Assembly: GCF_004010195.1 (NCBI RefSeq)
Contig: NC_057719.1
Span: 35,683,092-35,747,091, forward strand
Reading direction: 5' to 3'
Length of the DNA stretch: 64,000 bases
Source: Chiloscyllium plagiosum
Lineage: Eukaryota
Part shown: positions 1-13,968 of the stretch, in pieces
How the letters are laid out: each line of letters opens with the position of its first letter
Position numbering within the stretch: position 1 is the stretch's first letter
Translations under genes and position numbers: made by a program
Notes under the pieces: model-generated
Seen by the model: the letters and a program-made list of their open reading frames with translations, nothing else
What the model was told of the DNA's origin: nothing
Database searches by the model: none

Positions 1-1030
1 CAATAAGCTTCTATCTGCAATTTGAGAGGGAGAGGGTACAGTCGGAAGTGACAGCATTTCTGTTGAATAAAGGGAATTATGGAGCTATGAGGGAGGAGCT
101 GGCCAAAGTTCAATTGTGCAATACCTTAGCAGGGATGACCGTGGAGGAACAATGGCGGATATTTCTGTGTATAATGCAGAAGTTGCAGGATCAGTTCATT
201 CCTAAAAGGAAGAAAGATCCCAGGAGGAGGCATGGGCGGCCGTGGCTGACGAGGGAAGTTAAGAAACATATAAAGTTAAAAGAGAAAAGGGAGAACATAG
301 CAAAGATAATTAGGAAAACTGAGGACTGGGAAGCTTTTAAAGAGCAACAGAGGATTACTAAGAAGGAAATACGCAGAGGAAAAATGAGATATGAAGGTTA
401 ACTGGCCAATAATGAGTGGTGGGGGCATGGAATGCGCTGCCTGTGGGAGTGGCAGAGTCAGAATCATTGGCGAACTTTAAGTGGCAATTGGATAGGTACA
501 TGGATGGGTGCTTAAGCTAGGACAAATGTTCGGCACAACATCGTGGGCCGAAGGGCCTGTTCTGTGCTGTATTGTTCTATGTTCTAATATTTTGAGCCAG
601 TTTTTACTGTTGAGAAAGAAATGGAGGCTAGACATCTTGGGGAAATAAATACTGATCTTTTAAAAACAGTTCACATTGTGGAAGAGGAAGTGCTGGAGCT
701 CTTGGAAAACATCTCCAGGACCTGATCAAGTGTATCCCAGAACGTTGTGGGAAGTTAGGGAGCAAATTGCAGGACCCCAACAGAAATGTTTTACCATCTA
801 TAAACATGGGTGAAGTACTGGAGGGTGGCTAATGCTGTGTCATTGTTTAAGTCTGTGAGGAGAAGCCTGGAAACTATAGACTGGCGAGTCTGGTATCAGC
901 GGTGGATAAGTTGTCAAAGGAGATTCCAAAAGATATAATTTATATGCATTTGGAGAGAAAAGGACATGTTTGGGAATACGGTCAGTGGGAACTGATTGGA
1001 CTGAAGGGCCTGTTTCCCGCTGCATGACTA
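1..1030 (+). mobile_element. Cluster of CR1/HER1-type LINE fragments
   Basis: ORF 48..401 is a CR1 ORF2 linker (PWLTREVK). 3' tail GGGCCGAAGGGCCTGT...TGTTCTATGTTCTA at about 545-586; further decayed ORF2 at 590-980. Confidence 0.85.
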
Positions 1031-1754
1031 CAACAGAATAAAGTAAAATCTAAATAAAGGTAATTTAAGAGTAGAACAGTACCAAAAAACCTCATGCTAT
1101 TTGGGCACTATGCTTTCGACATGCTGGATATTCTTATGAGGAGAAACTGGCATTTGATTTGCTTGCATTTAAGAGGTGAACTATAGGTTTTAAAATGCTA
1201 CAATAATTGCAAACCAGAGTAGAGAATAGAAGGGCATTACTTATTCACAGAGTTGTGGCTGTACTATGGATCCAAACAACAGGTTAATGCTAGGTCAAAG
1301 AACTCCTTTAAATAATAAATAGCACTGAATGCAAAATTAAGCTCAAGTTCGAGCTTTGGAGGCAGATCAACTATTTTATTGTACAGAATCCAGTTGAGCA
1401 CTTGGATAAATGTATTCTAGTGTTAACAGATGCTGATGACATTTCTAGAAATGTCTCAACTTTGACTCCAACAAATTACCAGTTAACGACACAGATCAAT
1501 CATATTCATTGAAAATTTAAATAGGTGCCTAGGTATTAACAATGGAACTGGGGTGCCGAGGTCAAGCTTCCTCCTCCCTCCAAACGATAACCTGGGTTTA
1601 TGTTTAGCCTAGGTCCTAAAACAACAATCTTGTCACTGAGCAGAGTAACAATTTAAATTGTTACTGGTCTGATCATGTGAGATGCCATAGTTAATTAAAT
1701 GCAAGAAATGAAATTCTTAATCCCAATTTAAAAGGAAGTATGAAATCTAGAGCA

Positions 1755-2105
1755 AGGACACAGTGGCACAATGGTAATGTTGTTTGATGAATAGCCTAAA
1801 ATCATAGGTTAACGTTTTAGGCACATGGATTCAAATCCTCTTTTGGAAAACTGTGAAATTTGAATTCAGTAAAAATTTGGAGTAGGGAGACATTGTACTG
1901 GTGACCACGTAACCATTGTTGATTGCTGTAAAAATCCAAGTGGATCACTAATGTCCTTTATGGAAGGAAATCTTACACCCTTACCTGGTCTAGCTGACAC
2001 ATGACTCAGCCAGTGGTTGACTTTTAACCACCACCTGGGCGGTTAGGAATGGGTAAAAAATGCTGGTGAAACCAGCGATGCCCATACCCCATAGATGAAT
2101 AAAAG
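1755..2105 (+). mobile_element. tRNA-derived SINE (family B, tail shared with LINE-B)
   Basis: A/B-box-like head, core CACTAATGTCCTTTA.GGAAGGAAA, tail ATGCTGG..CCAGCGATGCCCA..ATGAATAAA. Homologous to 31620-31955. Confidence 0.75.
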
Positions 2106-3027
2106 TAATTCTATTTAATATTGTGAAAACTAAGCCTTCTCTTGCCAACTCAACTAAATCTTGAAGAAGGGGAATTTCCTTGACAGGCATGGCTAATAAC
2201 AACTTCAAAACTATTTAAAGATCTGCTGCACAGATGCCCAGTAAAACCACCCAGCAATCCACAACACCAGGCCAGCTTCCCAAGGAATCCAAAACACCAA
2301 CCCTGTCCCGAAAACACTAACACAACAGCCTTCCTTGACTTGAAAATGAGAACCTACCAGCCTTATCACGAATTTGAAAGCACACATAACACAAAACTAT
2401 AGACATATAGACAGACATGAAAGAAAACCAGTTCAAAACTTTAGAGTACCCCTACGTTTGCTACAAACTTTGCTTTCCTTAAACACCCATAGGTGAGGAT
2501 CAAGCAAGAAATGCAACTATCCCTTGCCCATTCTGCTCTCATTATATTGCCCAATCATAGAACCTTTCAAATCACCCATAATTAAGAATTACCTAAAACA
2601 TTGCACCAAAACAAATTATTTGGCTCAGGCCAGCTTTTACATTGTTCACAAGCTTCCAACCACAAGGATTTGCATACATAATTAAGCAAAGATCCCAATG
2701 CTGATATTACATCTGTAATGAGGTGCACAATTAATCACAAATCTGGCCTCAAAGCTTGACAATTGCTCTGGACAAGTTCCCCAACCATATTCATCTGAGG
2801 AATCAGCATAAGCACAACTTATCATGTTAAGCTCAATGTTCATAAAAGAAAATAGTTGGCATCATCACGGGAAGATTGATTCTAATTCTGAACTCTAGGA
2901 AATTCTGCAACAGTGTCAGAATCTAACACTTTTGTGAAATTGATGGCGGTCTAAACAAGTAATGTGTAAAGCTTCTATGCAGAACTAGATCAATTCTGAG
3001 ATTAATTGCATAGCACACAGGTATTAT

Positions 3028-3240
3028 GAGGAGGCAGTGGTGTAGTGGTAATGTCAATAGACTAGCAATCTGGAATTCCAGATTAATACTCTGGGTCTAA
3101 AAGTTTGAATTTCATATGATGGATGGCAAAATGTGAATTGAATAAATCAAAACTGGGAATTAAAAGCTGGTATAATAATGCCTGTACAGCCTGTCATAAT
3201 TACCCATCTGATTTGATTATGCCCTTCAGTGAAGGAAATT
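3028..3240 (+). mobile_element. SINE family B, 5' part
   Basis: GGAGGCAGTGGTGTAGTGGTAATGTCA head; truncated at the PLE fragment. Confidence 0.7.
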
Positions 3241-3247
3241 GGTTTTC

Positions 3248-3340
3248 CTCCTGAAGAAGGGCTTATGCCGAAACGTCAATTCTCCTGCTCCTTGGATGCT
3301 GCCTGACTTGCTGCGCTTTTCCAGCAACACATTTTTCAGC
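3248..3340 (+). mobile_element. Penelope pseudo-LTR fragment (family A) with hammerhead-like motif at 3251-3277
   Basis: CTGAAGA-AGGGCTTATGCC-GAAA-CGTC followed by the same arm as at 30765-30850. Confidence 0.8.
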
Positions 3341-3428
3341 AGAAGAAATATGGACAGACAATACAACTTTGAAGGGAGTACAGCAGCAGAGGGACCTCAG
3401 ATTTCATGTGCATTCTTCTCTGATGGTG

Positions 3429-3670
3429 AAAACTGAAAGAACTGCAGATGCTGTAAATCAGAAGCAAAAACAGAAGTTGCTGGAAAAGCTCAGCAGATCC
3501 GACAGCATTTGTGAAAAGACATCAAAGTTAATGTTTCGGGTCCAGTGACCCCTCCTCAGACCCTTCCGCATGACTGAGGAAGGATCACTGGACCAGAAAC
3601 ATTTACTTTGATTTCCTTCACAGATGCAGCCAGACCAGCTGAGCTTTCCCAGCAACTTCTGTTTGTTTTT
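3429..3670. mobile_element. Palindromic PLE-derived element (family B) with two opposed hammerhead-like motifs
   Basis: Inverted arms around a ~14 nt spacer. Motifs at 3530-3559(-) and 3574-3603(+). TSD TTCTCTGATGGTG/TTCTCTAATGTTG. Confidence 0.8.
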
Positions 3671-3683
3671 TTCTCTAATGTTG

Positions 3684-4310
3684 GCAAGGCAAGTTGAAAC
3701 AGTTGCGACGGAGGCTTTTACAGGATAGGATCTTTAGGTTTATAAATGGGGGCATATTCAGTATCAAAGCTAGGAAGTGATGCTACACTTTTACAATCAC
3801 TGGTCAGACCATATTTGGAGTAGTGTGTTCAGTTATGCATACCTTATTTAAGGAGGGGTGGAGAGACTAAGGAAGTTTACTAGAATGATACGAGGAATGA
3901 GAGATTTTAGATAGAAGATTAGAGAAATTGGTTTATTTGCCTTGGAACAAAGAATATTAAGAGCTAACCTAATTGAGGTTTTCAAAACTATGAACAATTT
4001 TGACAAGGTAAAGAAGGATATTCTGTTTCCACTAGTTGGTACATCATTAACTAGGAGTCACTATTTAAGATAAGGAGAAACTTCTTAGAGCTGTTAGGAT
4101 TTGGAATGCGCTGCCTGGGAGAATAGTGGAATAGACTCCATACGAGGTTCAAAAGAGAGCTGGGGATATATTTGAAAATAATGAAGTTGGAGCGTTACAG
4201 AGATAGGGCTGGAAAGTGGGATCAGCTGGGTAGCTTTTTCAGCAACTAGCACAGACACGATGGATCAAATGGTCTCCTTCTGTCCCACAAAGTTTATGAT
4301 TCTATGGTTG
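3684..4310 (+). mobile_element. Decayed CR1 3' end
   Basis: Degenerate LVRPYLE and FTRMI motifs followed by a 3' UTR. Confidence 0.75.
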
Positions 4311-4330
4311 ACTTTTGACCGTCCTTTTAG

Positions 4331-5110
4331 GTTCATCCCCAAGAGGAGAAAGATTATCCAGGGAAGAATTAGACAGCCATGGCTGACAAAGGAAGTCAGG
4401 AAATCTATCAAAGAAAAAGAGAGAGCCTATAAAGTGGCCAAGAGCACTAGGAAATCAGAAGATTGGGAAGGCTACAAAAACAAACAGAGAATAACAATGA
4501 GAGAAATAAGGAAAGAGAGGATCAAATATGAAGGTAGGCTAGCCAGTAATATTAGAAATGATAGTAAAAGTTTCTTTCAATACATAATAAACAAACGACA
4601 GGCAAGAGTAGACATTGGGCCACTTCAAACTGATGCTGGAAGCCTAGTGATGGGAGATAAGGAAATAGCAGGAGAACTTAATAAGTACTTTGCATCAGTC
4701 TTCACAGTGGAAGACATGAGTAATATCCCAACAATTAAAGGGAGTCAGGGGGCTGAGTTGAGTATGGTTGCCATTACAAAAGAGAAAGTGCTAGAAAAGC
4801 AAAAAGGTCTTAAAATTGATAAATCTACTGGCCCTGATGGGCTACATCCTAGAGTTCCGAGGAGGTAGCTGAGGAAATAGCGGAGGCGTTGGTTGAGATC
4901 TTACAAAAGTCACTGGAGTCAGGGAAAGACCCGGATGATTGGAAGATCGCTGTTCTAACCCCCTTGTTCAAGAAAGGATCAAGACAAAAGATGGAAAATT
5001 ATAGGCCAATCAGCCTAACCTCGGTTGTTGGTAAAATTCTAGAAACCATCATTAAGGATGAGGTTTCTAAATTCTTGGAAGAGCAGGGTCAGATTAGAAC
5101 AAGTCAACAC
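4331..5110 (+). mobile_element. CR1 ORF2 fragment (linker and RT N-terminus)
   Basis: ORFs 4260..4868 and 4889..5146 (GPDGLHPRV, NYRPISLTSVVGKILE). Confidence 0.92.
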
Positions 5111-5337
5111 ATTTCCAGTGGCATTGTGGTCATTTCACAGTATTAGTAAGATACAGCCTCAGGCTGATGGTCTGGGGATATGGGTATGAACCCCACTATG
5201 GAAAACGTTAGCATTTCAATTTAATAAAATCTATAATTTTAAAAAAAGTGTCTAATGGCAACTACTATTGATTATTATAAAAAATTATCTGCTTCATGTA
5301 AATGAGGCAGACTTCCTTACATGTGACTCCAGACTCA

Positions 5338-6275
5338 CTGGGGGGCATTCTAGCAAAGTTTGCCGATGATACAAAGTTAGGTGGACAGGCAGGTAGTACT
5401 GAGGAAGTGGGGAGGCTGCAGAAGGATCTAGACAGTTTGGAGGAGTGGTCCAGGAAATGGCTGATGGAATTCAATGTGAGCAAATGCGAGGTCTTGCACT
5501 TTGGAAAAAAGAATACAAGCATGAATTACTTTCTAAACAGTGAGAAAATTCGTAAAGCCAAAGTACAGAGGGATCTGGGAGTGCTAGTTGAGGATTCTCT
5601 AAAGGTAAACATGCAGGTTGAGTCGTGATTAAGAAAGCGAGTGCAATGTTGTCAATTATCTCAAGAGGATTGGAATATAAAAGCACTATTGTGCTACTGA
5701 GATTTTATAAAGCTCTGGTTAGGCCCCATTTGGAGTACTGTGTCCAGTTTTGGTCCCCACACCGCAGGAAGGACATACTGGCACTGGAGCGTGTTCAGCG
5801 GAGATTCACACGGATGATCCCTGGAATGGTAGGTCTAACATATGAGGATGAGGATCCTGGGATTGTATTCATTGGAGTTTAGAAGATTAAGGGGAGATCT
5901 AATAGAAACTTACAAGATAATACATGGCTTGGAGAGGGTGGATGCTAGGAAATTGTTTCCGTTAGGCGAGGAGACTAGGACCCGTGGACACAGCCTTAGA
6001 ATTAGACGGGGTAAATTCAGAACAGAAATGCGGAGACATTTCTTCAGCCAAAGAGTGGTGGGCCTGTGGAACTCATTGCCATAGAGTGCAATGGAGACTG
6101 GGACGCTAAATGTTTTCAAGGCAGAAATTGATAAAATTCTTGATGTCACAAGGAATTAAGGGCTATGGGGAGAATGCGGGTAAGTGGAGTTGAAATGCAC
6201 ATCAGCCATGATTGAATGGCGGAATGGACTCGATGGGCCAAATAGCCTTATTTCCGCTCCAAGTCTTATGGTCTT
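5338..6275 (+). mobile_element. CR1 3' part (RT C-terminus and tail) inside a family-B SINE
   Basis: KFADDTK and LVRPHLEYCVQFWSP motifs; tail TCTTATGGTCTT. SINE halves at about 5115-5337 and 6276-6352. Confidence 0.92.
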
Positions 6276-7189
6276 TGAAATGGCCTAGCAAGTCTCTCAG
6301 TCTAAGGGCAATAGGAGGTGAATAATGCTCACATTACACGAATGAAAATAAAACCTCTGCAGTCCTATAGTAAACGGCCTGCATATTTTTTGATCTTAAC
6401 AGTTCTACACCTGCAACCCCTTTTCCAAGCCCTAAGTTTCCAGTGACCAGGCTTGGATCTTGACTTTCCCATCATGCATCTAAGTAAGTAATACATATAA
6501 AAGAACTAAAGAATGCTAACCACTCCCTGCCCAAGATACATAAATGTGCTCAAATACTGTGAAATCTCTATTATAACATACTGCTGTGATGCAAGCTCTT
6601 AAACTATCTAAACTTCCAGCGAATATGTCCTGATTTGAGAATTTGGAGACAGATGTGTCTCTCCTAGCATCCTTTCCGTTGTTCCCCTTCAAATACTAGC
6701 ATAAACAAATGAATTAGTAGCTGTTTATGGTTGGTCATGTTCAAAACAGCTGACACAATGGCCAATATAATGACTACCACATTCAAAATAATTCATGGAA
6801 TACTAATCGTTTTAAGGTAACTGAAACAGCACCCCATCATAACCTCACAAGGTGTGAAAGAATTTCTCAATGAATAAACCACTTTCACCAGTATTCATGT
6901 AGGCAAATATCAGAACACTTTATAAGCTTTGCACTTCATTCCAAAAATAGAAAATGAAGCCAAAATTTAACCAGTATATTCTATGCATCACGTCTGCTGT
7001 CAACAACTGCTGTGAAAGATCTAACTTAATGTGATCAGTTTGAATAACCAGAAGGTCGCCAAAGAGTTGAAAATGCAAAGGAAGGAAGGCACTGCCACCT
7101 ACACTGCAGAATTATCGGCATACTTTAAAATTGTTTTAGAATGGAAAAATTGAAAATGGCTTGATCAAGTAGCTGGGTATTTCTCTTAC

Positions 7190-7282
7190 CTGCATTACAA
7201 ATTTCTGGTCAATGTACTTCTTTGCTATATTTGGTTGAAAATCAGGAGACTCTAAAAACCTCAAGAAAAATTCATACACCAA
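7190..7282 (-). CDS. PPP2R5C: B56-gamma coding exon 4 (93 nt): [31 protein letters not shown]
   Basis: Manual translation. Acceptor tttctttcttTAG, donor CAG|GTAAGA, phase 0-0. No further exon recognised in 1-7189. Confidence 0.96.
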
Positions 7283-8349
7283 CTAAAGAAAGAAAATTTT
7301 AAGAAAGTTTATTAACATTAACAGATTATCAAGATAAAATTACATTGCTTAAACAGATAATTTTAAAAAAGTCATGTTCTAATTTTAAAGCACTTTTGGT
7401 TATATACCATTCCAGCTGAGCTGCAATATGCTAAGCTGGCTTGTAGGACATGTACAAATTACTTATAGCAATCTGTCCACTATCTTTACCCCTCCATGGT
7501 TGGAAAGTGCTTGATTTCCAGCTGTTGAGCCTGCAGTAACTACATAAAAATAACTCTTTAAAAAAATACAAAAAGAATAGCACTTTGTGTGGATAAATTG
7601 CTTCATGCGAAGACCAGAAGAGACAGTACCCTTAGGCTTTTTATCCACATTCCAAGAACACCTCGCTCTCAGGTGGTGTTTCAACTGGAATACAAATAAC
7701 CTACTCAGCAATTAATTTCACAATTGTTTTTGTTTTTCCAGATTTGTACAGGCCTATAGCTTCTTATTACCAATTGCCAGTGCTCAGGTAGTAATTGCAT
7801 ATTAGTGGTACAATGCTGATTTGTAGTAAGCAGCAATTAATGCTGGTTGTTCCATGCAGATTTTTTTTAAGGATCAAAACACAAAAGTCTAGTGTGGAAT
7901 CATACATGGCAAAACAAATTTAAAATGTTATGCAGAAGTTTGGAACTATTTTCTACTTGTATCGGGAAGGGTTTTGCTTTGAGACATACAAGCCTTTCAA
8001 TATGGTTCTAAGGTAGGACCTAGTTTGAATAGCAGAGTCAAGGTAATTGGGCATCTCGAACCCTGGTGACCAATAGAAAAGACACAGAAATAAACAGGAG
8101 GAGAATGGAGAAAGAGGGTGAACTGGAGTGTGCATTCCTTGTCAAATCAGGTATAGAAAGATGCAAGAAGATTGGATTGACAGAGGGGGAAAAAAGGCAG
8201 AAACATTTTAGATTTGACATTTGTATACTGTCCAAAATAAATAACAAACTGAAAATGTCTTTTAAATAGTGTAATTGTGCCCACACCCACCACTTCCTCA
8301 GGAAGTTCATTCCACACTTGAACCATCTTCTGTGTGAAAATCTGGGCAA

Positions 8350-9060
8350 CTGCAGAGTATTCCATCACATTCTTGACTTTTGTCTTGTAGACAGGCTTTG
8401 ACAAATCCAAAAGTTAAGTCACTCACTAGTGTCTGACCTGGTCTTGCAGTGTAAGTATTTATATGGCTAGGCCAGTTCAGTTTTTAGTCAATGGTAATCC
8501 AAGTAGGTTGACAGTGGGAGAGTCACTGATGTTTGAATGTCTGTGGGAGACGTTAAGAGGTGGTGGTGGTTGGATTCTTCTGTTAGGGGTGGTCATGGCT
8601 TGGACTTGCTTGGCATGACTGTTACTTAACATTTGCCAGCTCAAAACTGGATATTGTCCAATTTTTTATGATCAGGACTGCTTCAATATCTGAGGAGTTA
8701 TGAATGGTGCTAAATATTGAGCAGTCACCAGTGAACAGTTCCACTTCTGACCTTATAATAGAGGAAAAGGCATTGACGAAGCAGCTGAAGATGATTAGGC
8801 TAAGGACACTCCCTATGAAACTCCTGCAGAGATATCTGGAGCTGAGATGACTGGTGTCCAACAACCTCACCATCTTCTTTTGTGCCAAGTAGGACTTAAA
8901 CTGCAACTCCCCTTTTCCCAGTGCCTCCAGTTTTGCTGGGACTCCTTGATGCCATAGTCGATAACCTTTGAAATTCAACTCTCTTGTTTGCACCCAGGGC
9001 ATAATGAGGCCAGGAGCTTGGCTCTATCAGAAGCCAAACTGTCTGTCCGCAATCTGAACT
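8350..9060 (-). mobile_element. Decayed LINE-B (second CR1-group family)
   Basis: ORF 8622..9002 (FSCFVNAFSSIIRSEVELFTGDC) is homologous to 37190-38585. Confidence 0.75.
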
Positions 9061-10149
9061 ATCAGTGTGACCTGAGCGTACTGCTGATGAGATCTTCCAT
9101 CACTTTACTATGCACCTTGCCTACGCCGCTCTCATAGATCCTTCAAACACAGCTCAACCTTTACCACCCAGTCACTTAACCAGTTTCTGAACCTGATTTC
9201 TTTGAAATCAAACCATTCATTTAAATGTCTATCCTAAGGCACTTACTGCTTTTACTGGAAATCAAGTGGTGTTGGAGAAGTAGCTAAGCAAAGATTCATG
9301 GACATAGGAGATAGGGGTTTATTGCTTTAATTACTGGGAAAATCTAGTTTTAAGATGAATGGAGACACTGTACTATTTGATGTCAAGCAACTTTTTCTGG
9401 ATTTAAAGAGTTTTATTTTACAGACCCAGTAGTCAGAGTAAAGAAACAACTCAAAGTTGTTGTCTGTCTTGTGAAATTTTATTCTCTGTAGTAGTTTCAG
9501 GGAATCTGATGGTTTCTAAATGCTAGTTTTCCAGTTTCTTAGTAAAACCTGAAGCTGTGGGATGTGGCCAATTCTCAACAACTTGAATCCAAGTTAAATG
9601 AAATCAGAACTGAGCACTTATCATCAATCTACAGCTATTTACAATTCACTTTTGTCAACAAGATATCCAATTGATGTGAAAATTCATATTTCTATTCCTT
9701 TGGCCGAGAGGGGTTACGTTTCATTCCTTTATCGAAAAACAATTCTAGGATGACGGGTGTGGGATTAAGAAACTCATTTTTATCATGTTACTTGCTCACT
9801 CTCTTTCATATTCTACTTTCTCTCTTTACTTAGTCATTCTTTACACCACGGCTGAGAGTACTGTTGATGACACATAGGATTTTACAGAATTAGATGACGA
9901 AAGATCAGAGGAGCTTTCTGTATATCCTACCAAATAGGATGCCTCACATACATTCTTTTCTTGTATGGTTTCACAACTGTCTATTAATAATAACCAGAGC
10001 ATTTCTGTGAATGGGTTATTTTGCCATCTACCAAAGATGAACACTTGAATCTCTCTATTAGTTATTTACATATGATCCCTTGGTGATATCACATTGTGCC
10101 AGCTTTCAGATGTACAATGATTATACCTAGCTCTACAGTCAACCATCTA

Positions 10150-11439
10150 AGCTGAATTCCTCGTCCCATTGATGAACAATATCCCAGGATTTTAAAAGTA
10201 GTAGCTGATGGGATAAGTAAACATCGATTTTAAATTTTCCAAAATTCCCTGAACTGGAAAGGTCCCATCAGTTTGGAAAACAGTGAAAATGACTCTTCTA
10301 TTCAAGAAAGAAGAAAGTGTGACATCTATTATGGGAAAAATACAGGAATCTATTAAGGGGGTAGTAACAGGGCACTTACAAAACCTTAATACATCAGGCA
10401 GAGTCACCATGGTTTTGTGAAAGGGAAACCATGTATGCCTGACTTATTGGAGCTCTTTGGGGAAGTAAAAGGCAATAGAAATAAAGGAGAGCCAGAGAAC
10501 ACACTGCAGTTGGATTTCTAGAAGACATGTGGAAAAGGTTACCACCTAATACATAAGTTCTAGTGCACTGGGAGTATATTAGCATGGGTAGAGGAGTATT
10601 AGCTATTGGAAGCAAAGGGTGAGCAAAAGGATTGGCAGGATGAGACAAGTGGTGCACTAAAGCGACTATTACTTACAATTTATGTCAATTATTAGGATGA
10701 AGGGACTGAAAGCACAGTGGCTAACTTTGCTAATGCTATAAAGGTACATGGAAAACCAAGTAGTGAAGAGGATGCAAAGAATCAGCAAAGGAAGATATGT
10801 AGGATAAGTGAGTAAGTGAAAAACATTCCAGAATGTCGTAAAATGTGAGCTTACCCACTTTGGCAGGAACAACAGGAAAACAAAATATTTAAATAGAGAG
10901 ATTGCAGAACTCTCAGGCACAGAGAAATCTAGATATACTGGTACATAAATCATATTAGGCAGGATGTCAAGTCATTGGGAAGGTAAATGGAATGTTGGCA
11001 TTGAACACAACGGAAAAAAACATACAAGTAGGAATATTTTGTTACATTTGCATAGCACATTGGTGAGGCCACATCTGGACTATTGTGTACAGTTAGGTCT
11101 CCTAATTTAAGAAATTATGTAAACACATTCGAATGAATTCAAAGAAAGTTCATTTAACTCATACTTGGCATGAGATTGGGGCGATTTATAAGGAACGTTG
11201 GAAAAGTTGAGCTATACACACTAGACTTTAGAAGAACCAGAATGCAATCCTATGAAACTTATAAGATCCTGAGAAGACTTGATAGAATGGAGGCTGAAAG
11301 GATGCTTCCTTTGTGGGAGAGACTTGAACGAGGGGACACAGTTTGAAATAAGGGACCTACCATTTAAGATGAAGATAAGAAGGAATTTTCTCTGAGAGTG
11401 GACTCTTTGGAACTCTTCCCCAAAGAACAGTATTACAGT
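10150..11439 (+). mobile_element. Old decayed CR1 (its 3' end resumes at about 13969-14150)
   Basis: Degenerate RT motifs, e.g. LVRPHLDYCVQ near 11060-11095. Confidence 0.75.
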
Positions 11440-13968
11440 AGCAGAAAGGACATTTGAGGACTCGTCTACTGAGGTAATATGAGCTGAGGTTAGAAAAAGA
11501 AAAGGAGAGTTCACCCTGTTGGGAGTTTTCTATAGGCCTCCGAATAGTTCCAGAGATGTAGAGGAAAGGATAGCAAAGATAATTATGGATAGGAGCAAGA
11601 GTAACAGGGTGGTTGTTATGGGGACTTTAACTTTCCAAATATTGACTGGAAACACTATAGTTTGAGTACTTTAGAGGGCCAGTTTTTGTCCAATGTGTGC
11701 AGGATGGTTTCCTGACACATATGTAGACAGCGCTGAAAATGGGTAATGAACCTGGCCAGGTGTTAGATTTGGAGGTAGGTGAGCACTTTGGTGATCGTGA
11801 CCACAATTCGGTTATGTTTACTTTAGCGATGGAAAGGGATAGTATATAAAGCAGGGTAAGAGTTATTGCTGGGGGAAAGGAAATTATGATGCGGTTAGGC
11901 AAGATTTAGGATGTATAGGGTGGGAAAGGATACTGCAGGGGATGAGCATGATTAAAATGTGGAGCTTATTCAAGGAACAGCTACTGTGCGTCCTTAATAA
12001 GTATGTACCTGTCAGGCAGGGAGGAAGTGGTCAAGCGAGGGAGCTGTGGTTTACTGAAGAAATTGAATCTCTTGTCAAAAGGAGGATTGCTTATATTAGG
12101 ATGAGATGTGAAGGCTCAGTTAGGGCACTTTAGAGTTACAAATTAGCCAGGAAAGACCTAAAGAGAGAGCTAAGAGGAGCCAGGAAGGGACATGAGAAGT
12201 CATTGGCAGATAGGATCAAGGAAAACCCTAAAGCTTTCTGTCAGTATATCAGGAATAAAAGAATGACGAGAGAAAGATCAGAGCCAATCAAGGATAGTAG
12301 TGGGAAATTGTGCATGGAGTGCGAAGAGATAGGGGAAGTGCTAAATGAATATTTTTCGTCAGTATTCATACTGGAAAAAGACAATGTTGTTGAGGAGAAT
12401 ACTGAGAAACATGCTACTAGACTAGTTGGGATTGAGGTTCACAAGGAGGTGATGGTAGGAATTCTGAAAAGTGTAAGAGTAGATAAATCCCCCGGGCTGG
12501 ATGGGATTTATCCTAGGATTCTCTGGGAAGTTGGGGAGGAGATTGCAGAGCCTTTGGCTTTGATATTGATGTCAGCATTGTCTATAGAATAGTGCCAGAA
12601 GACTGGGAGATAGCAAATGTTGTCCTTTTGTTCAAGACGGGGAGTAGAAGCAACCTTGGTAATTATAAACCAGTGAGCCTTATGTTGGTTGTGGGTAAAG
12701 TGTTGGAAAAGGTTATAAGAGATAGGATTTATAATCATCTAGAGAGAAATAAGTTGATTAGGCATATTCAAAACAGTTTTATGAAGGGTAGGTCGTGCCT
12801 CTCAGAGTTCTTTGAGAAGACGACCAAACAGGTGGATGAGGGTAAAGTAGTTGATGTGATATATGTGGATTTCAGTAAGGCGTTTGATAAGGTTCCCCAC
12901 GGTAGGCTATTGCACAAAATATGGAGGCAGGGGATTGAGTGTGATTTAGCAGTTTGGATCAGAAATTGGCTAGCTGAAAGAAGACAGGGTGTTGTTGTAT
13001 GGGAAATGTTCATCCTGGAGTTCAGTTACTAGTGGTGTACCGCAAGGATCTGTTTTTGGGGCCACTGCTATTTGTCATTTTTATAAATGACCTATATGAG
13101 GGCATGGAAGGATGGGTTAAGAAATTTGCGGATGACACTAAGGTAGGTGTTGTGGATAGTGCTGAAGGATGTTGCAGTTACAAAGGGACACAGATAAGAT
13201 GCAGAGCTAGATTGAGAGGTGACAAATTGAGTTTATTGCGGAAAAGTGTGAGGGGATTCACTTTGGAAACAGTCACTGGAATGCAGAGTACTGGGCTAAT
13301 GATAAAATTCTTGGTAGTGTGGATGAGCAGAGCGATCTCGGTGAACATGTATATAGATCCCTGAAAGCTGCCACCCAGGTTGATAGGGTTGTTAAGAAGG
13401 TGTTCCACCTTTTATTGGTAGAGGGATTGAGTTTCGGAGCCACAAGGTCATGCTGCAGCAGCACCTAGAGTATTGCATTTAGTTCTGGTCATCGCATTAT
13501 AGGAAGGATGTGGAAGCTGTGAAAAGGGTTCAGAGGAGATTTACTAGAATAGAGCGAAGGTCTTATGAAAAGGCTGAGGGACTTGAGGCTGTTTTCATCA
13601 AAGAGAAGGTTGAGAGGTGATGTAATTGAGACATATAAGATAATCAGAGGGTTAGATAGGGTGGACAGTGAGAGCCTTTTTCCTCGAATGATGATGGCTA
13701 GCACGAGGAGACATAGCCTTAAATTGAGGGGTGATAGATATAGGATAGATGTCAGAGGTAATTTCTTTACTCAGTGTAATAGGGACGTGGAACGCACTGA
13801 TTGCAACAATAGTAGACTTGCCAAATTTAAGGGCATTTAAATGGTCATTGGATAAACATATGGATGAAAATGGAATAGTGTAACATAGATCTGCTTCAGA
13901 TTGATTCCACAGGTCGGCACAACATTGAGGGCTGAAGGGCCTGTACTACACTGTAATGTTCTATGTTC
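11440..13968 (+). mobile_element. Long HER1-like CR1 LINE (partial endonuclease, RT and tail), frameshifted
   Basis: ORFs 11942-13840 (GDFNFP, VDFSKAFDKVPH, KFADDTK); tail CTGAAGGGCCTGTACTACACTGTAATGTTCTATGTTC. Confidence 0.92.
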
